Source: Pseudomonadota bacterium (GTDB lineage: Bacteria; Pseudomonadota; Gammaproteobacteria; Burkholderiales; Burkholderiaceae_E). Taken from it: 64,000 nucleotides of DNA. The stretch spans positions 5,581-69,580 of the forward strand of contig JBEDEM010000003.1 in the NCBI GenBank assembly GCA_041175665.1, in the 5' to 3' direction. The position numbers and the translations under genes were made by a program. The notes under the pieces were generated by a model. The model was given only the letters and a program-made list of their open reading frames with translations, searched no databases and was not told the origin of the DNA. This document shows positions 28,126 to 38,622 of this stretch, one piece after another. The stretch's first letter is position 1, and each line of letters opens with the position of its first letter.

Positions 28126-28887
28126 ATGATGCAAAGCATCTCCGAATCGGTGCCTAGCCAGCCACCACAGCAGATCCCTTTGTCCTCGCCGTTGCGGTGG
28201 CTTGCTCGCGGCTGGCGCGATCTCAACGAGACGCGCTTTCTCGGCATGCTTTATGGTGGGATTTTTGTGCTGATGGGTTTATCAGTGCACTGGATGTATT
28301 CAACCCTTTGGCAGATGACCATGGGATTGACAGCCGGTTTTTTTCTGATGGGCCCGTTTATTTGTTGCGGTGTCTACGAGTTGTCGAGACAGCGCGAAGC
28401 AGGCACCCCGCCTGATTTGACTGCGAGCCTTTTAGCGTGGCGTCGCAATGTCAAATCGCTTGCTTTTTTCGCAGCGATCCTGACTTTTCTGATGATTGTG
28501 TGGGCCCGGGTTTCGGTGGTCATCTTTGCCTTACTGTCACCCCATGAAATGCCCACGGTCGCCGGCGTCATTGAGCGGATCCTCAGCTTAAGCAATCTTG
28601 ACTTCATCCTTGTTTGGGCGGCAGTTGGTTCAGTGTTTGCTTCGCTTGCATTTGCTTTGTCGGTGGTATCGGTGCCTTTTATGCTCGATCGGCCTTGCGA
28701 CACCATGGAGGCCATATTTCGTAGTGTCCACGCCTTGTGGCGTAACCCCATGGTGATGCTTCTTTGGGCTTTTTTGATCGTACTGCTTATTGGTACAAGC
28801 CTTGCCTTCTTCTTGCCACTGCTTGCAATTACCGCCCCTTTGATTGGCCATGCCACCTGGCATGCTTATAAGGACCTGCTTGAATAA
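28126..28887 (+). CDS. DUF2189-like integral membrane protein
   Basis: N-terminal PLRWLARGWRDL followed by about 5 TM helices. The family assignment is from memory of the DUF2189 pattern. Confidence 0.65.
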   Translation: MMQSISESVPSQPPQQIPLSSPLRWLARGWRDLNETRFLGMLYGGIFVLMGLSVHWMYSTLWQMTMGLTAGFFLMGPFICCGVYELSRQREAGTPPDLTASLLAWRRNVKSLAFFAAILTFLMIVWARVSVVIFALLSPHEMPTVAGVIERILSLSNLDFILVWAAVGSVFASLAFALSVVSVPFMLDRPCDTMEAIFRSVHALWRNPMVMLLWAFLIVLLIGTSLAFFLPLLAITAPLIGHATWHAYKDLLE

Positions 28888-28946
28888 GGCAAGGCCTTTC
28901 ACGCCATTTCAACACACCCACGCTGACAAACCCAAACACAAATCCC

Positions 28947-29981
28947 ATGCGACTGCTAACGGTTCTTTGTCTTATCGCGGCCTCCCATGGACTGGCCCTG
29001 CTCCAAAGCGCAAGCGCGCAATCAAAGTCCGTTGTGGCGATCTGTGCGACCGACCAGTCTTGGTGCGATCTGGCTGCAAGCAGCTTTTCGAAGAAGACAG
29101 GTATTCGGGTCTTGCAAACCCGAAAGGCGACCGGCGAAGCGCTGGCGCAATTGCGTGCTGAATCGGCCAACCCAAAGACTGATATTTGGTGGGGAGGAAC
29201 GGGAGACCCGTTTTTGCAAGCGGCCGAGCTTGGGCTGCTTGATGCATATCGCCCGACTTACATGAATGATTTACATGCCTGGTCGGTGCGCCAGTATGCA
29301 ATGAGCCAAAATATGGTCGGTGGGTTTTACACAAGCGCCATTGGATTTGGTTATAACGAAGATATCTTAAAAAAGAAAAAACTTCCGATTCCAGCTTGTT
29401 GGAAGGATCTCGTTGATCAGCGCTATCGAGGCGAAATTGAGATTTCACACCCCGCCTCAAGCGGTACCGCCTATACGATTCTGGCCGGACTTGTGCAACT
29501 CATGGGTGAGGATGCAGCCTTCGATTACATGAAGCAATTGCATAAGAATGTGACTCAGTACACTCGCAGTGGCACCGCACAGTCCCGCTCGGTAGCCCGT
29601 GGTGAAGTGGGCATTGGTGTGAGTTTTCTATTTGGCTTTGAACTCGAACGAATAACTAATAAGTTTCCTGTCAAAACCGTCGCGCCTTGCGAGGGCACCT
29701 CTTATGAAATCGGCGGGATCGCACTTGTTAAGGGTTCGAGAAACCGCGAAGCTGCGCTCCAGTATTACGATTTTTTGATGAGCGCTGAAGGTCAGGCACT
29801 CGGTGGAAAGTCCAACTCGCTTCAATACCCAGCCAATAAGACTTTTAAGCCGGACCCACGTATACCAAGCATGGATGGGGTAAAGCTTATTCGCTATGAC
29901 TTTGAGAAGTATGGCAAAGGGGCCGAGCGTAAGCGTCTTGTTGAACGTTGGTCGCGGGAGGTTGAGTCTGCGCCCAGATAA
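28947..29981 (+). CDS. ABC-transporter periplasmic substrate-binding protein (family 1, iron(III)/polyamine-like); orphan
   Basis: Signal peptide MRLLTVLCLIAASHGLALLQSASA, DIWWGGTGDPFLQAAELGLL, ISHPASSGTAY. No permease or ATPase gene is adjacent. Confidence 0.8.
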   Translation: MRLLTVLCLIAASHGLALLQSASAQSKSVVAICATDQSWCDLAASSFSKKTGIRVLQTRKATGEALAQLRAESANPKTDIWWGGTGDPFLQAAELGLLDAYRPTYMNDLHAWSVRQYAMSQNMVGGFYTSAIGFGYNEDILKKKKLPIPACWKDLVDQRYRGEIEISHPASSGTAYTILAGLVQLMGEDAAFDYMKQLHKNVTQYTRSGTAQSRSVARGEVGIGVSFLFGFELERITNKFPVKTVAPCEGTSYEIGGIALVKGSRNREAALQYYDFLMSAEGQALGGKSNSLQYPANKTFKPDPRIPSMDGVKLIRYDFEKYGKGAERKRLVERWSREVESAPR

Positions 29982-30015
29982 CGCGATGCCCCAATGAGGC
30001 TGGGCGCAATTTTTC

Positions 30016-30969
30016 ATGGATGATTCGCAGCGATCTGCCAACTCGCGAAGCTTCTGGATTGGTACGCTCTGCTATCTAAACTCTGCTTTGGTGTGGGGCT
30101 TAAATATCCCGCTGACTGCAGCGCTTTTTGCAAGCTTTGATCCCTTTTGGCTTGCGCCGCTGCGCTTAACGATCGCCTCTTGCCTGCTGGCCATTGCTGT
30201 GCTGGTCAGCCTTGGCCATCGTTCCTTGCAATCCCCGATCCCGATAGCACGGGTATTGCTGATGAGTCTTTGTGTGAGCTGTTTTTTTACGCTCTATAAC
30301 TTAGGACTCTTGCACACCAACACCATCACCGCGGCAGCGATCATGGCCGGCTCACCAGTTTACGGCGCTGTGACCACTCGGCTTATGACCGGCGCAAAAC
30401 TTGAAAAGGGCTTCTGGGGCGCAGCACTGCTCACGATTATCGGCGCAGCCATTGCGATTTATGGTCGATCCGAACGAAACGCCCAAGGTATTGCGCTTGA
30501 GGGTGGGGAAATCCTCATTGTGCTTTCGATCGCTGCCTGGACAGCTTATTCAATTCTTTCTCAGCGCTGGTTTCCTGCCGGCGTACCACAATTACAACGC
30601 ACCTTTCTCACGTCACTTGGGTCGATTCCGTGCCTGCTCGTTTTCTGGCTGATCGCTTGGAGCACGGGTTTGGTCGGCCCACCGAATTTTCACCCCTCCG
30701 TCGAGGCGATTCGTAACCTCTTCATCACCGCGGCATTTTCGACCGCTATTGGCGCTGTTACCTGGAACATCGGGGTTGCCCGTTTAGGCATCAACGCCGG
30801 GGTGATGTGGCAAAACATGGTGCCTGTGTTTGCAGTACTCATCACGCTCGTCGTGTTTGAAGTGCAGCCCATGCCCGAGCAAGTTATCGGAGGCTGCGTC
30901 GTGCTATCGGGCGTGCTTTATATGCAATGGCAAAAGCTGCGACTCAGCCGGGCGTCACATGCAACATGA
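30016..30969 (+). CDS. DMT superfamily (EamA-type) transporter
   Basis: Ten hydrophobic helices in two EamA-like halves; 317 aa. Confidence 0.75.
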   Translation: MDDSQRSANSRSFWIGTLCYLNSALVWGLNIPLTAALFASFDPFWLAPLRLTIASCLLAIAVLVSLGHRSLQSPIPIARVLLMSLCVSCFFTLYNLGLLHTNTITAAAIMAGSPVYGAVTTRLMTGAKLEKGFWGAALLTIIGAAIAIYGRSERNAQGIALEGGEILIVLSIAAWTAYSILSQRWFPAGVPQLQRTFLTSLGSIPCLLVFWLIAWSTGLVGPPNFHPSVEAIRNLFITAAFSTAIGAVTWNIGVARLGINAGVMWQNMVPVFAVLITLVVFEVQPMPEQVIGGCVVLSGVLYMQWQKLRLSRASHAT

Positions 30970-31016
30970 AGCCGAGCCCGGCGCACGCTCTAAGGTAAGC
31001 TAAGCTGCGCTGGCAT

Positions 31017-31040
31017 GGCCTGGCTTCTGAAAGTCAGGCC
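31017..31040 (+). terminator. Putative rho-independent terminator between convergent genes
   Basis: ggcctggctt-ctga-aagtcaggcc: 10-bp stem with one mismatch, followed by tcttt. Confidence 0.45.
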
Positions 31041-31058
31041 TCTTTGCCGCTTTGGAAG

Positions 31059-32111
31059 TCAAGCTGCTTTGGCAACCACCCGTCCAATGACCGTCCCGGC
31101 CTTGAGTTGATCAAGCACGCCTGATACCTCCTCCATACGACAGACCGCTGTCGGAATCGGTTTGAGCTTGCCGCTTCTTGCAAGCTCGACCACCTCGCGC
31201 AATTCTTGTAGCGACCCAACATAAGAACCCTGGATGGTCGTTGCACGTTGTGCTATTGGAACGAGTGACAAAGACAGTTCACCGCCATAAAGCCCAACCA
31301 GCACATAGCGCCCGCCTTTTCGCAAAGCTGCAATAGCAAGCGAAGCGGTGTTTTCTGCTCCGACCAAATCCACAGCGCCCCAAAGCCCACCGGGCAGCGC
31401 TTGCAGCTGCTCTAGCGCCTTTTCATCGAGCGGATCAATGCAAACACTTGCACCGGCTTCCTTGGCAGCATCCCATTTGCTGCGCTGAATCTCACAAACC
31501 GCAATTTGCTCGTGGCCCAGCGCCTTGAGGACAGCAATGGCCATTAAACCAAGACCCCCTGCACCCATCACAACGATCCAGTCGCTGGGCTTACAAGGCA
31601 TCAGTTTGCGGACGGCGCTATAAGTGGTGAGCCCCGAGCAGGCCAGAATCGGTGCATAACTTGGATCAATACCGCTTGCGTCGACCAAATACTTCGGATG
31701 CGGCACCAGTATGTGGTCGCCGTAGCCGCCTGACTTTTGAATACCGATATAGCGCGGGGTTGGACACCAGTTGTCCATGCCCTCAAGGCAACGCGCACAG
31801 CTGCCGCAACCGGTCCAAGGGTAAACCAGTCGATCCTCGCCAATCGGTACATCATGCGCTTGTGGTCCGGCCGATAACACCGTCCCATAGGGCTCATGTC
31901 CGAGGGTCACAGGCAGCTTCATTCCGCGTTGGGACATATGAAACTTCTTGCCCCCGCCTAGATCAAAGTAACCATCCCGAATATGCACATCTGAGTGACA
32001 AACACCACAATAGGTCACGCGCACCAAGACCTCGGTGCCTTGTGGCACGGGCGTTTCACGAATCGCCTTTTGCAAGGGCATACCCCAGTCGGTCACTTCA
32101 TAACTGATCAT
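31059..32111 (-). CDS. Zinc-dependent alcohol dehydrogenase family oxidoreductase
   Basis: GVCHSDVH, GHEPYG, Cys cluster CGSCARC, GAGGLGLMA Rossmann motif. ATG at 32111 gives about 350 aa. Confidence 0.88.
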   Translation of the reverse strand: MISYEVTDWGMPLQKAIRETPVPQGTEVLVRVTYCGVCHSDVHIRDGYFDLGGGKKFHMSQRGMKLPVTLGHEPYGTVLSAGPQAHDVPIGEDRLVYPWTGCGSCARCLEGMDNWCPTPRYIGIQKSGGYGDHILVPHPKYLVDASGIDPSYAPILACSGLTTYSAVRKLMPCKPSDWIVVMGAGGLGLMAIAVLKALGHEQIAVCEIQRSKWDAAKEAGASVCIDPLDEKALEQLQALPGGLWGAVDLVGAENTASLAIAALRKGGRYVLVGLYGGELSLSLVPIAQRATTIQGSYVGSLQELREVVELARSGKLKPIPTAVCRMEEVSGVLDQLKAGTVIGRVVAKAA

Positions 32112-32328
32112 GTGATTACTCCAGAATTGGCTAGTTTGATTTGAAACACGCTCAAGCAAGCGTTCAAGCTGCAAACTTGATGACACAGCCTGCATCGTAA
32201 GCCTTCAGAGGCTGCTTCGGCGCAAGCCTTTGGCATGGCGACTGAAGCCACCTTGGATTTGGGCAAGGCGCTGTAAAGATAATGGAACGCTGAAATCAAA
32301 GCCGCTATAGATCTGCTACTGTGACGGC

Positions 32329-33639
32329 ATGCACAACAAAGATGCCATCGACGTAATCAACGACCAAGGCGTGGATTCGAATTACGCTTGGATCAGGCTT
32401 TGTATCTCGCTGCTATTAATGATCATCGGTGGCAGCGGTATGTACATGACCATTATCGTCCTGCCGGAGGTACAGCAGGAGTTTGGTGTTGCAAGAGCAG
32501 ATGCCTCCCTGCCCTACACGCTCACGATGATTGGCTTTGGCGTTGGCGGGGTGTTGATGGGAAAACTTGCTGATCGCTTTGGCGTTTGGCTTCCTATCAT
32601 GCTCGGGGGTACTTGTCTTAGCGCTGGATTTCTTCTTGGAGGCGGCGCAGCAAGCCTTTGGTACTTTAGCCTTGTCCAAGGACTCTTGGTTGGCATGCTC
32701 GGAAGCTCATCGAGCTTCGCACCCTTAATGGCCGATGCATCACTATGGTTTGTAAAACGACGTGGGATCGCAGTCGGCATTGTCGCTTCTGGCAACTACA
32801 TGGCCGGTGCGATTTGGCCTCCTTTGGTTCGACATTGGGTTGACCTTTATGGCTGGCGCGACACCATGATGGGCGTGGGCATCTTTTGCGTGATGACGAT
32901 GTTACCGCTTGCTTTGCTCCTCAGACGACGGCCACCTGGCCATGTGCTTGTCAGCAGCGTCACGAACGATCAAGCGCAGGCAGCAAGCAGTAATCCCCAA
33001 GCGTGCAACAAGCCCATACAATCCCCAGAGCATAGCTTGGGCATTTCATCGGGCGCGCTCTTGGCGCTACTTTGTCTTGCTGGCGTTGCCTGCTGCATTG
33101 CAATGGCGATGCCGCAAGTCCATATTGTTGCTTATTGTACCGATCTTGGTTTTGGAGCTGTCAAGGGCGCACAAATGCTCTCGGTGATGCTGGCGGCTGG
33201 GGTCGTTAGCCGACTGATCTTCGGACTTATCTCTGACCGAATTGGCGGACTGCGAACCTTATTGCTAGGTTCGGTGCTGCAGGGCCTCGCCTTATTACTC
33301 TTTATACCCTTTCAGGACCTGAGCTCGCTATTTCTGGTGTCAGCCTTATTTGGGCTTTTCCAGGGCGGTATCGTACCTGCCTACGCCATTATTGTTCGCG
33401 AATATTTCCCACCCCAAGTGGCGGCCACTCGGGTCGGGATTGTTATCATGTTTACGCTCGGTGGCATGGCACTAGGCGGCTGGATGTCTGGCTGGATCTT
33501 CGATGTAAGCGGTTCATACGAGGCAGCCTTCATGAATGGCATCGCTTGGAATTTCGTCAATCTGCTGATCGTTGTCGGTCTACTTTACCGACAACGTCAA
33601 ATGAAACAGCGTTTCCTCACTGCAAACCACGCTGCCTGA
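32329..33639 (+). CDS. MFS transporter
   Basis: 12 hydrophobic segments with an MFS loop 2-3 motif (GKLADRFG); 436 aa. Confidence 0.8.
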   Translation: MHNKDAIDVINDQGVDSNYAWIRLCISLLLMIIGGSGMYMTIIVLPEVQQEFGVARADASLPYTLTMIGFGVGGVLMGKLADRFGVWLPIMLGGTCLSAGFLLGGGAASLWYFSLVQGLLVGMLGSSSSFAPLMADASLWFVKRRGIAVGIVASGNYMAGAIWPPLVRHWVDLYGWRDTMMGVGIFCVMTMLPLALLLRRRPPGHVLVSSVTNDQAQAASSNPQACNKPIQSPEHSLGISSGALLALLCLAGVACCIAMAMPQVHIVAYCTDLGFGAVKGAQMLSVMLAAGVVSRLIFGLISDRIGGLRTLLLGSVLQGLALLLFIPFQDLSSLFLVSALFGLFQGGIVPAYAIIVREYFPPQVAATRVGIVIMFTLGGMALGGWMSGWIFDVSGSYEAAFMNGIAWNFVNLLIVVGLLYRQRQMKQRFLTANHAA

Positions 33640-35692
33640 GAAGCGCTTCAACGGCGGGCTCGCGACCGCGAAAAGCAACATAGGCCTGCATGGGTTCATA
33701 GCGATTGCCTGCGCTATACACATGATCGTGAAGCCGCTTGGCCAAGAGGGGATCGAAAGCATCACCCGCCTCAACAAAGGCCTCAAAGCCATCGGCATCA
33801 AGCACTTCAGCCCATAGGTAAACATAGTAGGCCGATGCATAACCTGAACCCGCAAACAAATGCAAAAAGTGAGGCAAACGGTGGCGAAGACCAATAGCAC
33901 TGGGCATCGCAATCTTTGCCATGAGTTCCTGCTCAAACAGATCGAGATCGAGACCCTCGATATGCTTTCGCTGATGCAGTTCAAGATCGGCGAGCGCACA
34001 TGAAACATATTCGACCGTTGCAAAACCTTGATTAAATGTTTTGGTTTTGAGAATTTTCTCGATCAGTTCATCGGGCATCGGCTCACCGGTTTCGACATGT
34101 AAAGCGTGACGCTTGAGCATTTCAGGTTGAAGCAACCAGTGCTCAAAAAGTTGTGAAGGAAACTCAACAAAGTCACGCAAAACGCTGGTCCCTGCCAGTT
34201 TGGGATAAGTAACCTTGGATAACAGGCCATGCAGTCCATGACCAAATTCGTGAAAGAGCGTGTGAGCGTCGTCTAAGCTAAGCAAGCAGGCCTGACCGGC
34301 GGACTGTGAAAAGTTATTGTTATTGACAACAATCGGACGCTGAGGGTGAAGCAAACTATGCTGATCACGGTAAGTACTCATCCAGGCCCCGGAGCGTTTG
34401 CTGGCTCGAGCAAAGTTATCACCAAGAAACACGCCGACGTGCTCCCCAGACTGCCCCAATACTTCCCAGGCCTTTACACTTGGATGGTAAAGTTTTAAAT
34501 CATAAATCGGTTTAAATTGCAAACCGAAGAGTCGTCCGGCTACATCAAACATCGCATCAACCATCCGGTCGAGTTGAAGATAAGGCTTAAGTTCTGATTC
34601 TTGTAAGTTATAACGCGCTTTTCGCAAACGCTCAGCCCAAAAGTGCCAGTCATGGGCCTCGATACTGAGCACTTCACCTTGCGATAAGGCTAAGGCCTCC
34701 ATCTCACGCTTTTCCTGCTCGGCGCGCAAACGAGCAGGCGCCCAGACCCGTTCGAGCAGGCCTAGCGCTGCCTGGGGCGTTTGCGCCATGCTGTCATCAA
34801 GCGCATAAGCTGAATAGCTCGAATAGCCCAAAAGACTTGCCATCTCCTGACGGCGCTTCAGGATCTCAACAATCAAGGGCCGATTGTCATGAACACCCTC
34901 ATGCTCGCCTCGCGCACACCACGCAGCCCAGAGCTTTTGCCGAAGATCACGACGCTGGCTAAAAGTCATAAAAGGCGTAACAGACGATCTTGCAAGCGTG
35001 ATGACGTGGGCATCATCACCCGGCACCTCGCGTTCGATAGCAGCCTGCCTTGCCGATGAAAGAACGAAATCGGGCAAACCCTTTAATTCGTCGTCGCTGC
35101 GTAAAACCATGGAGAAGTTTGATTCATCATGTAATACATTTTGCGAAAACTCGGTGTACAAGCTTGCAAGTTGTTCTGTGATCTCAGCAAAGCGCAGCCT
35201 TTGTGGCTCAGAAAGCTTGGCACCGCTTCGAACAAAATCAAGATGCCAGCGCTCGAGCACCCGCTTTGACTCCGGATCAAGTTCAAGTCGGTCACGATCG
35301 CGATATAAGTCATCGATCCGGGTAAAAAGTCCTTGGTCAAGCATCATTTGATTGAAATGCGCAGCCAGGCGAGGAGCCATGTCACGCTCCACAGCCTGGA
35401 GTTCATTTGAGGTATGTGAGGCCGTTAAGTTATAGAAAACATTTATCACGCGCTGAAGGCTTTCACCCGATTGCTCAAGTGCCAGCACTGTATTCTTGAA
35501 ATCAGGCTTAAGCGCTTTATCGCCAATCGCTTGCAGTTCAACGCGATGACGGGCCATAGCCGACTCAAACGCCGGCACAAAGTGCTCGGCATGAATCCGA
35601 TCAAATGGCGGCATTTCGAAACTTGCCTCCCAGTGCTGAAGCAGTGGGTTGGGCTGTTGCGACGGAGTCTTTTCTTGATGGATATGATTCAT
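33617..35692 (-). CDS. dcp: M3 family metallopeptidase (peptidyl-dipeptidase Dcp/oligopeptidase A type)
   Basis: HEFGHGLH zinc motif, FVEFPSQLFE; 691 aa. Confidence 0.88.
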   Translation of the reverse strand: MNHIHQEKTPSQQPNPLLQHWEASFEMPPFDRIHAEHFVPAFESAMARHRVELQAIGDKALKPDFKNTVLALEQSGESLQRVINVFYNLTASHTSNELQAVERDMAPRLAAHFNQMMLDQGLFTRIDDLYRDRDRLELDPESKRVLERWHLDFVRSGAKLSEPQRLRFAEITEQLASLYTEFSQNVLHDESNFSMVLRSDDELKGLPDFVLSSARQAAIEREVPGDDAHVITLARSSVTPFMTFSQRRDLRQKLWAAWCARGEHEGVHDNRPLIVEILKRRQEMASLLGYSSYSAYALDDSMAQTPQAALGLLERVWAPARLRAEQEKREMEALALSQGEVLSIEAHDWHFWAERLRKARYNLQESELKPYLQLDRMVDAMFDVAGRLFGLQFKPIYDLKLYHPSVKAWEVLGQSGEHVGVFLGDNFARASKRSGAWMSTYRDQHSLLHPQRPIVVNNNNFSQSAGQACLLSLDDAHTLFHEFGHGLHGLLSKVTYPKLAGTSVLRDFVEFPSQLFEHWLLQPEMLKRHALHVETGEPMPDELIEKILKTKTFNQGFATVEYVSCALADLELHQRKHIEGLDLDLFEQELMAKIAMPSAIGLRHRLPHFLHLFAGSGYASAYYVYLWAEVLDADGFEAFVEAGDAFDPLLAKRLHDHVYSAGNRYEPMQAYVAFRGREPAVEALLRQRGLQ

Positions 35693-35762
35693 AGCATGAT
35701 TCTCAGGTCGTGTGAAAAAGATAACGAAATTCTTGATGTAATCGTAATTATTACAATAAGAG

Positions 35763-36503
35763 CTAATCGGGCTTTAGCCAAGCAAGCTCCAGCCAATGCC
35801 AATAGTCTTTGGCAAAAGGCCACAGTACATAAGCTCTGGCGTGGTCATCGGTGAAAACACCACTGGTCAAATGATCAAGCCACTCGCCCTGAGCTTTCAA
35901 GCCGTCGATTGCGGCGAGATCACTCATAAGCTCGTCATTGGATCGATGCTTGTCGCTTCGTCTGACAAAGGGCGCATGAATATATTTCGTATATTGGTCA
36001 GAGGCCATGATGACTGGACCGGAGAGCCGATCATGAAGACTTCCCCAAGTTCTTCCTCTCAAACGGACCTGCAATTCAGACAGCATGCGCTCAAGAGCAG
36101 CGAGTTCGCTTTCACTGAATCGCCCTTCGTCGACGCTCATCAGGGCCTGCTGGCCAAGCATGTTGTCAAACAAAATTGAAGCTTTGGGGTATAACTTCAA
36201 AAGCGTATCGAGATCGTTGAGTGCATTGAGCTTTTTCCACTCAAGCCCTTGCAAACCTTGATGCCTGATGCCGAACAACCAAGCCGCAAGCGGATCTAGA
36301 TCCACTGCAATGAGGCGGGAAAAGCGCTTAAGCCAAGGGGTTGACAACATCCAACCAGCGCTGCAGCCAAGCAAGAGAAGCTCCCCACCTGCTGGACCCT
36401 CGCTTTGGTGAAAGTGAGCAATCGCCTGACTCGTGGCCTGCCAGTCGGTCTTACGCCGCCAGGCCCGCCAATGCCAAACCGAACCGCCACTGATTGAACT
36501 CAC
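35763..36503 (-). CDS. Hypothetical protein (Trp-rich; possible Rossmann/methyltransferase-like core)
   Basis: ELLLLGCSAGWML ... LIAVDLDP resembles a nucleotide/SAM-binding beta-alpha-beta unit. No family was recognised. TAG stop. Confidence 0.5.
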   Translation of the reverse strand: MSSISGGSVWHWRAWRRKTDWQATSQAIAHFHQSEGPAGGELLLLGCSAGWMLSTPWLKRFSRLIAVDLDPLAAWLFGIRHQGLQGLEWKKLNALNDLDTLLKLYPKASILFDNMLGQQALMSVDEGRFSESELAALERMLSELQVRLRGRTWGSLHDRLSGPVIMASDQYTKYIHAPFVRRSDKHRSNDELMSDLAAIDGLKAQGEWLDHLTSGVFTDDHARAYVLWPFAKDYWHWLELAWLKPD

Positions 36504-36538
36504 ATCAAGGCACCACCGTCCCTAAGTTCGCCAGGACT

Positions 36539-37516
36539 TTATGTGGATGCCAGCCAGGCACCATATTGAGTCAAATCAACATTGCCACCGCTCAGTAGCA
36601 CACCAATCTTCGCATCAGCGCCAAACTCGCGCTGTCGCATCGCTGCTGCGGCAGCCAGACAACCGGTCGGCTCAACAACAATTTTCATCCATTGTGCGAA
36701 AAACCGCATCGCTTCGATGAGCGCCTGATCAGACACGGTTTCGATGGCCGTTACTTGTTGCTGAATAATGGCAAAGGTTATATCACCTACACGGGTTGTA
36801 CGGGCACCGTCTGCGATGGTATCGGGTACATCGATACTCACCGGCTCGCCACGAGCAAAGGCCAGCTGAACATCATTGCCAGCCTCGGGCTCAACGCCAA
36901 TCACCTGACAACCTGGCGAAAGAGCACTTGCAGCCAAAGCACAACCCGATAAGAGACCGCCGCCGCCAAGGCAAACGAAGAGGGCATCGAGTCTTCCTAC
37001 CTCTTCGATCAACTCCATCGCGCTCGTACCCTGCCCTGCGATGACCATCGGATGGTCAAAGGGTGGAATGAGGCTAAAACCCTCGCGTTGAACAAGGGAC
37101 TTGGCCAGCGCCTCACGGTCCTCGGTCATGCGATCGTAGCGAACGATCTCAGCGCCAAAGGATTGCGCAGCTCGTACTTTTGCCGCCGGTGCGTCCGTGG
37201 GCATAACGACCACAGCTTTGACCGCTTCGATCTGGCAAGCCCTGGCAATCGCTTGACCGTGATTACCCGAGGAAAATGTGATGACACCAGCCGCGCGCTC
37301 GGCTTGGCTTAAAGCGCGGACCGCGTTTAAGGCACCACGAAACTTAAAGGCCCCTGTCCTTTGGAAATTCTCACACTTGAAAAACAGTCGAGCTCCTGCG
37401 CGCCGGTCTGCCTCGGCGCTGGTCAAGACAGGCGTTCGTCGAATCTGATCGGCGATCCGCGAGGCAGCCTCTTGGACTGCCTCAAAGCCTGGTGGCTTTG
37501 CCTGCTTAGTCTGCAT
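36539..37516 (-). CDS. PLP-dependent threonine/serine dehydratase (serine-racemase/threo-3-hydroxyaspartate ammonia-lyase-like)
   Basis: FKCENFQRTGAFKFRGALNA (PLP lysine), SSGNHGQA, GGGGLLSG. ATG at 37516; a GTG at 37531 would overlap the upstream gene. Confidence 0.85.
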   Translation of the reverse strand: MQTKQAKPPGFEAVQEAASRIADQIRRTPVLTSAEADRRAGARLFFKCENFQRTGAFKFRGALNAVRALSQAERAAGVITFSSGNHGQAIARACQIEAVKAVVVMPTDAPAAKVRAAQSFGAEIVRYDRMTEDREALAKSLVQREGFSLIPPFDHPMVIAGQGTSAMELIEEVGRLDALFVCLGGGGLLSGCALAASALSPGCQVIGVEPEAGNDVQLAFARGEPVSIDVPDTIADGARTTRVGDITFAIIQQQVTAIETVSDQALIEAMRFFAQWMKIVVEPTGCLAAAAAMRQREFGADAKIGVLLSGGNVDLTQYGAWLAST

Positions 37517-38537
37517 ATTGCCCAGCAGCACGGATGACTTTGCCCCATTTTTCGATCTCGGCGCTCAAATGAGTGCGCAGGCCATCAGGGGTTTGTTTGG
37601 AGACCGGCGTGATCTCAGCGCCTAAGTCCTTCATGCGCTTGACGACTTCAGGGTCTTTCAACGCAGCCTGCAAGGACACTGAGAGCTTCTCGATAGCAGC
37701 TTTCGGTGTGCCCTTGGGGGCATAAACACCATGCCAGACTACAACCTCGAAATCTTTCAAGCCTTGCTCATGCAATGTCGGCGCGTTGGGTAAGGCACCA
37801 ATGCGCGATTTGGTCGTAACGCCGAATAACTTAACTTTACCGGCATTGATTTGAGGAATTGTCTGGGTTGTTTGATCACACATCACATCAACATGGCCAC
37901 CTAAAAGTGCGGTCAATGCAGGTGCAGTGCCCTTGAAAGAAACCGTTGTTAGATCTGTGCCTAGTGTTTGCTGAAATAAGGTGCCACAAAGATGTGAGAC
38001 CGCGCCAAGTCCTGCATTGGCAAGATTAACCTTTTCCTTGTTTGACTTGATCCAGTTAATCAATTCCGGGAGATTCGATGCGGGTAGGTCATTTCTTGCG
38101 ATCAATGTCATCGGTACATCAACGGCCTGCCCGACATACTCATAGTCAGTCAAGGGATTAAACGGCAGTTTTCGATACAGGGCTGGGGCTGTGGCCATGC
38201 CATTGTGGTGGATGAACAAGGTGTAGCCATCGGGTTGCGCCTTGGCGACTAAGTTACCTGCAATCGTCGCCCCTGCACCGGGCCTGTTGTCAACATTAAC
38301 CACCTGGCCCAGCGATTTTGTCATCGACTGAGCTAACGCTCTAGCAACAATATCAGTAGGCCCCCCTGCTGCAAACCCGACAACAAGGGTAATGGGTTTG
38401 GTCGGATAGCTTTGGGCGTGCACAGCGGTGCTCGCAAAAAGGCTTGTGGCAATCGCCGCAGTAGCAAAACTTAGACCTACTGCAACTGAGGATCTAAGGG
38501 CATGTCTGCGTGCAGACATAAGCGTGGGTTTAAACAT
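37506..38537 (-). CDS. Bug family (TctC-like) tripartite tricarboxylate transporter substrate-binding protein
   Basis: Signal peptide followed by YPTKPITLVVGFAAGGPTDIVAR and the typical Bug pattern VDNRPGAGATIA. Confidence 0.88.
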   Translation of the reverse strand: MFKPTLMSARRHALRSSVAVGLSFATAAIATSLFASTAVHAQSYPTKPITLVVGFAAGGPTDIVARALAQSMTKSLGQVVNVDNRPGAGATIAGNLVAKAQPDGYTLFIHHNGMATAPALYRKLPFNPLTDYEYVGQAVDVPMTLIARNDLPASNLPELINWIKSNKEKVNLANAGLGAVSHLCGTLFQQTLGTDLTTVSFKGTAPALTALLGGHVDVMCDQTTQTIPQINAGKVKLFGVTTKSRIGALPNAPTLHEQGLKDFEVVVWHGVYAPKGTPKAAIEKLSVSLQAALKDPEVVKRMKDLGAEITPVSKQTPDGLRTHLSAEIEKWGKVIRAAGQYAD

Positions 38538-38622
38538 ATGAGGACTCCTTTTTCGCGCTATGATTTTTGATGCGCTGTCATGTTACTAAAATCTGATCGT
38601 TTTCAAAGCCGGCTTCAATCAG

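Noticed and set aside
33617-33639. 23-nt convergent overlap of the MFS transporter and dcp genes
   Set aside because: Short 3'-3' overlaps of this size are common, and both proteins end at plausible positions.
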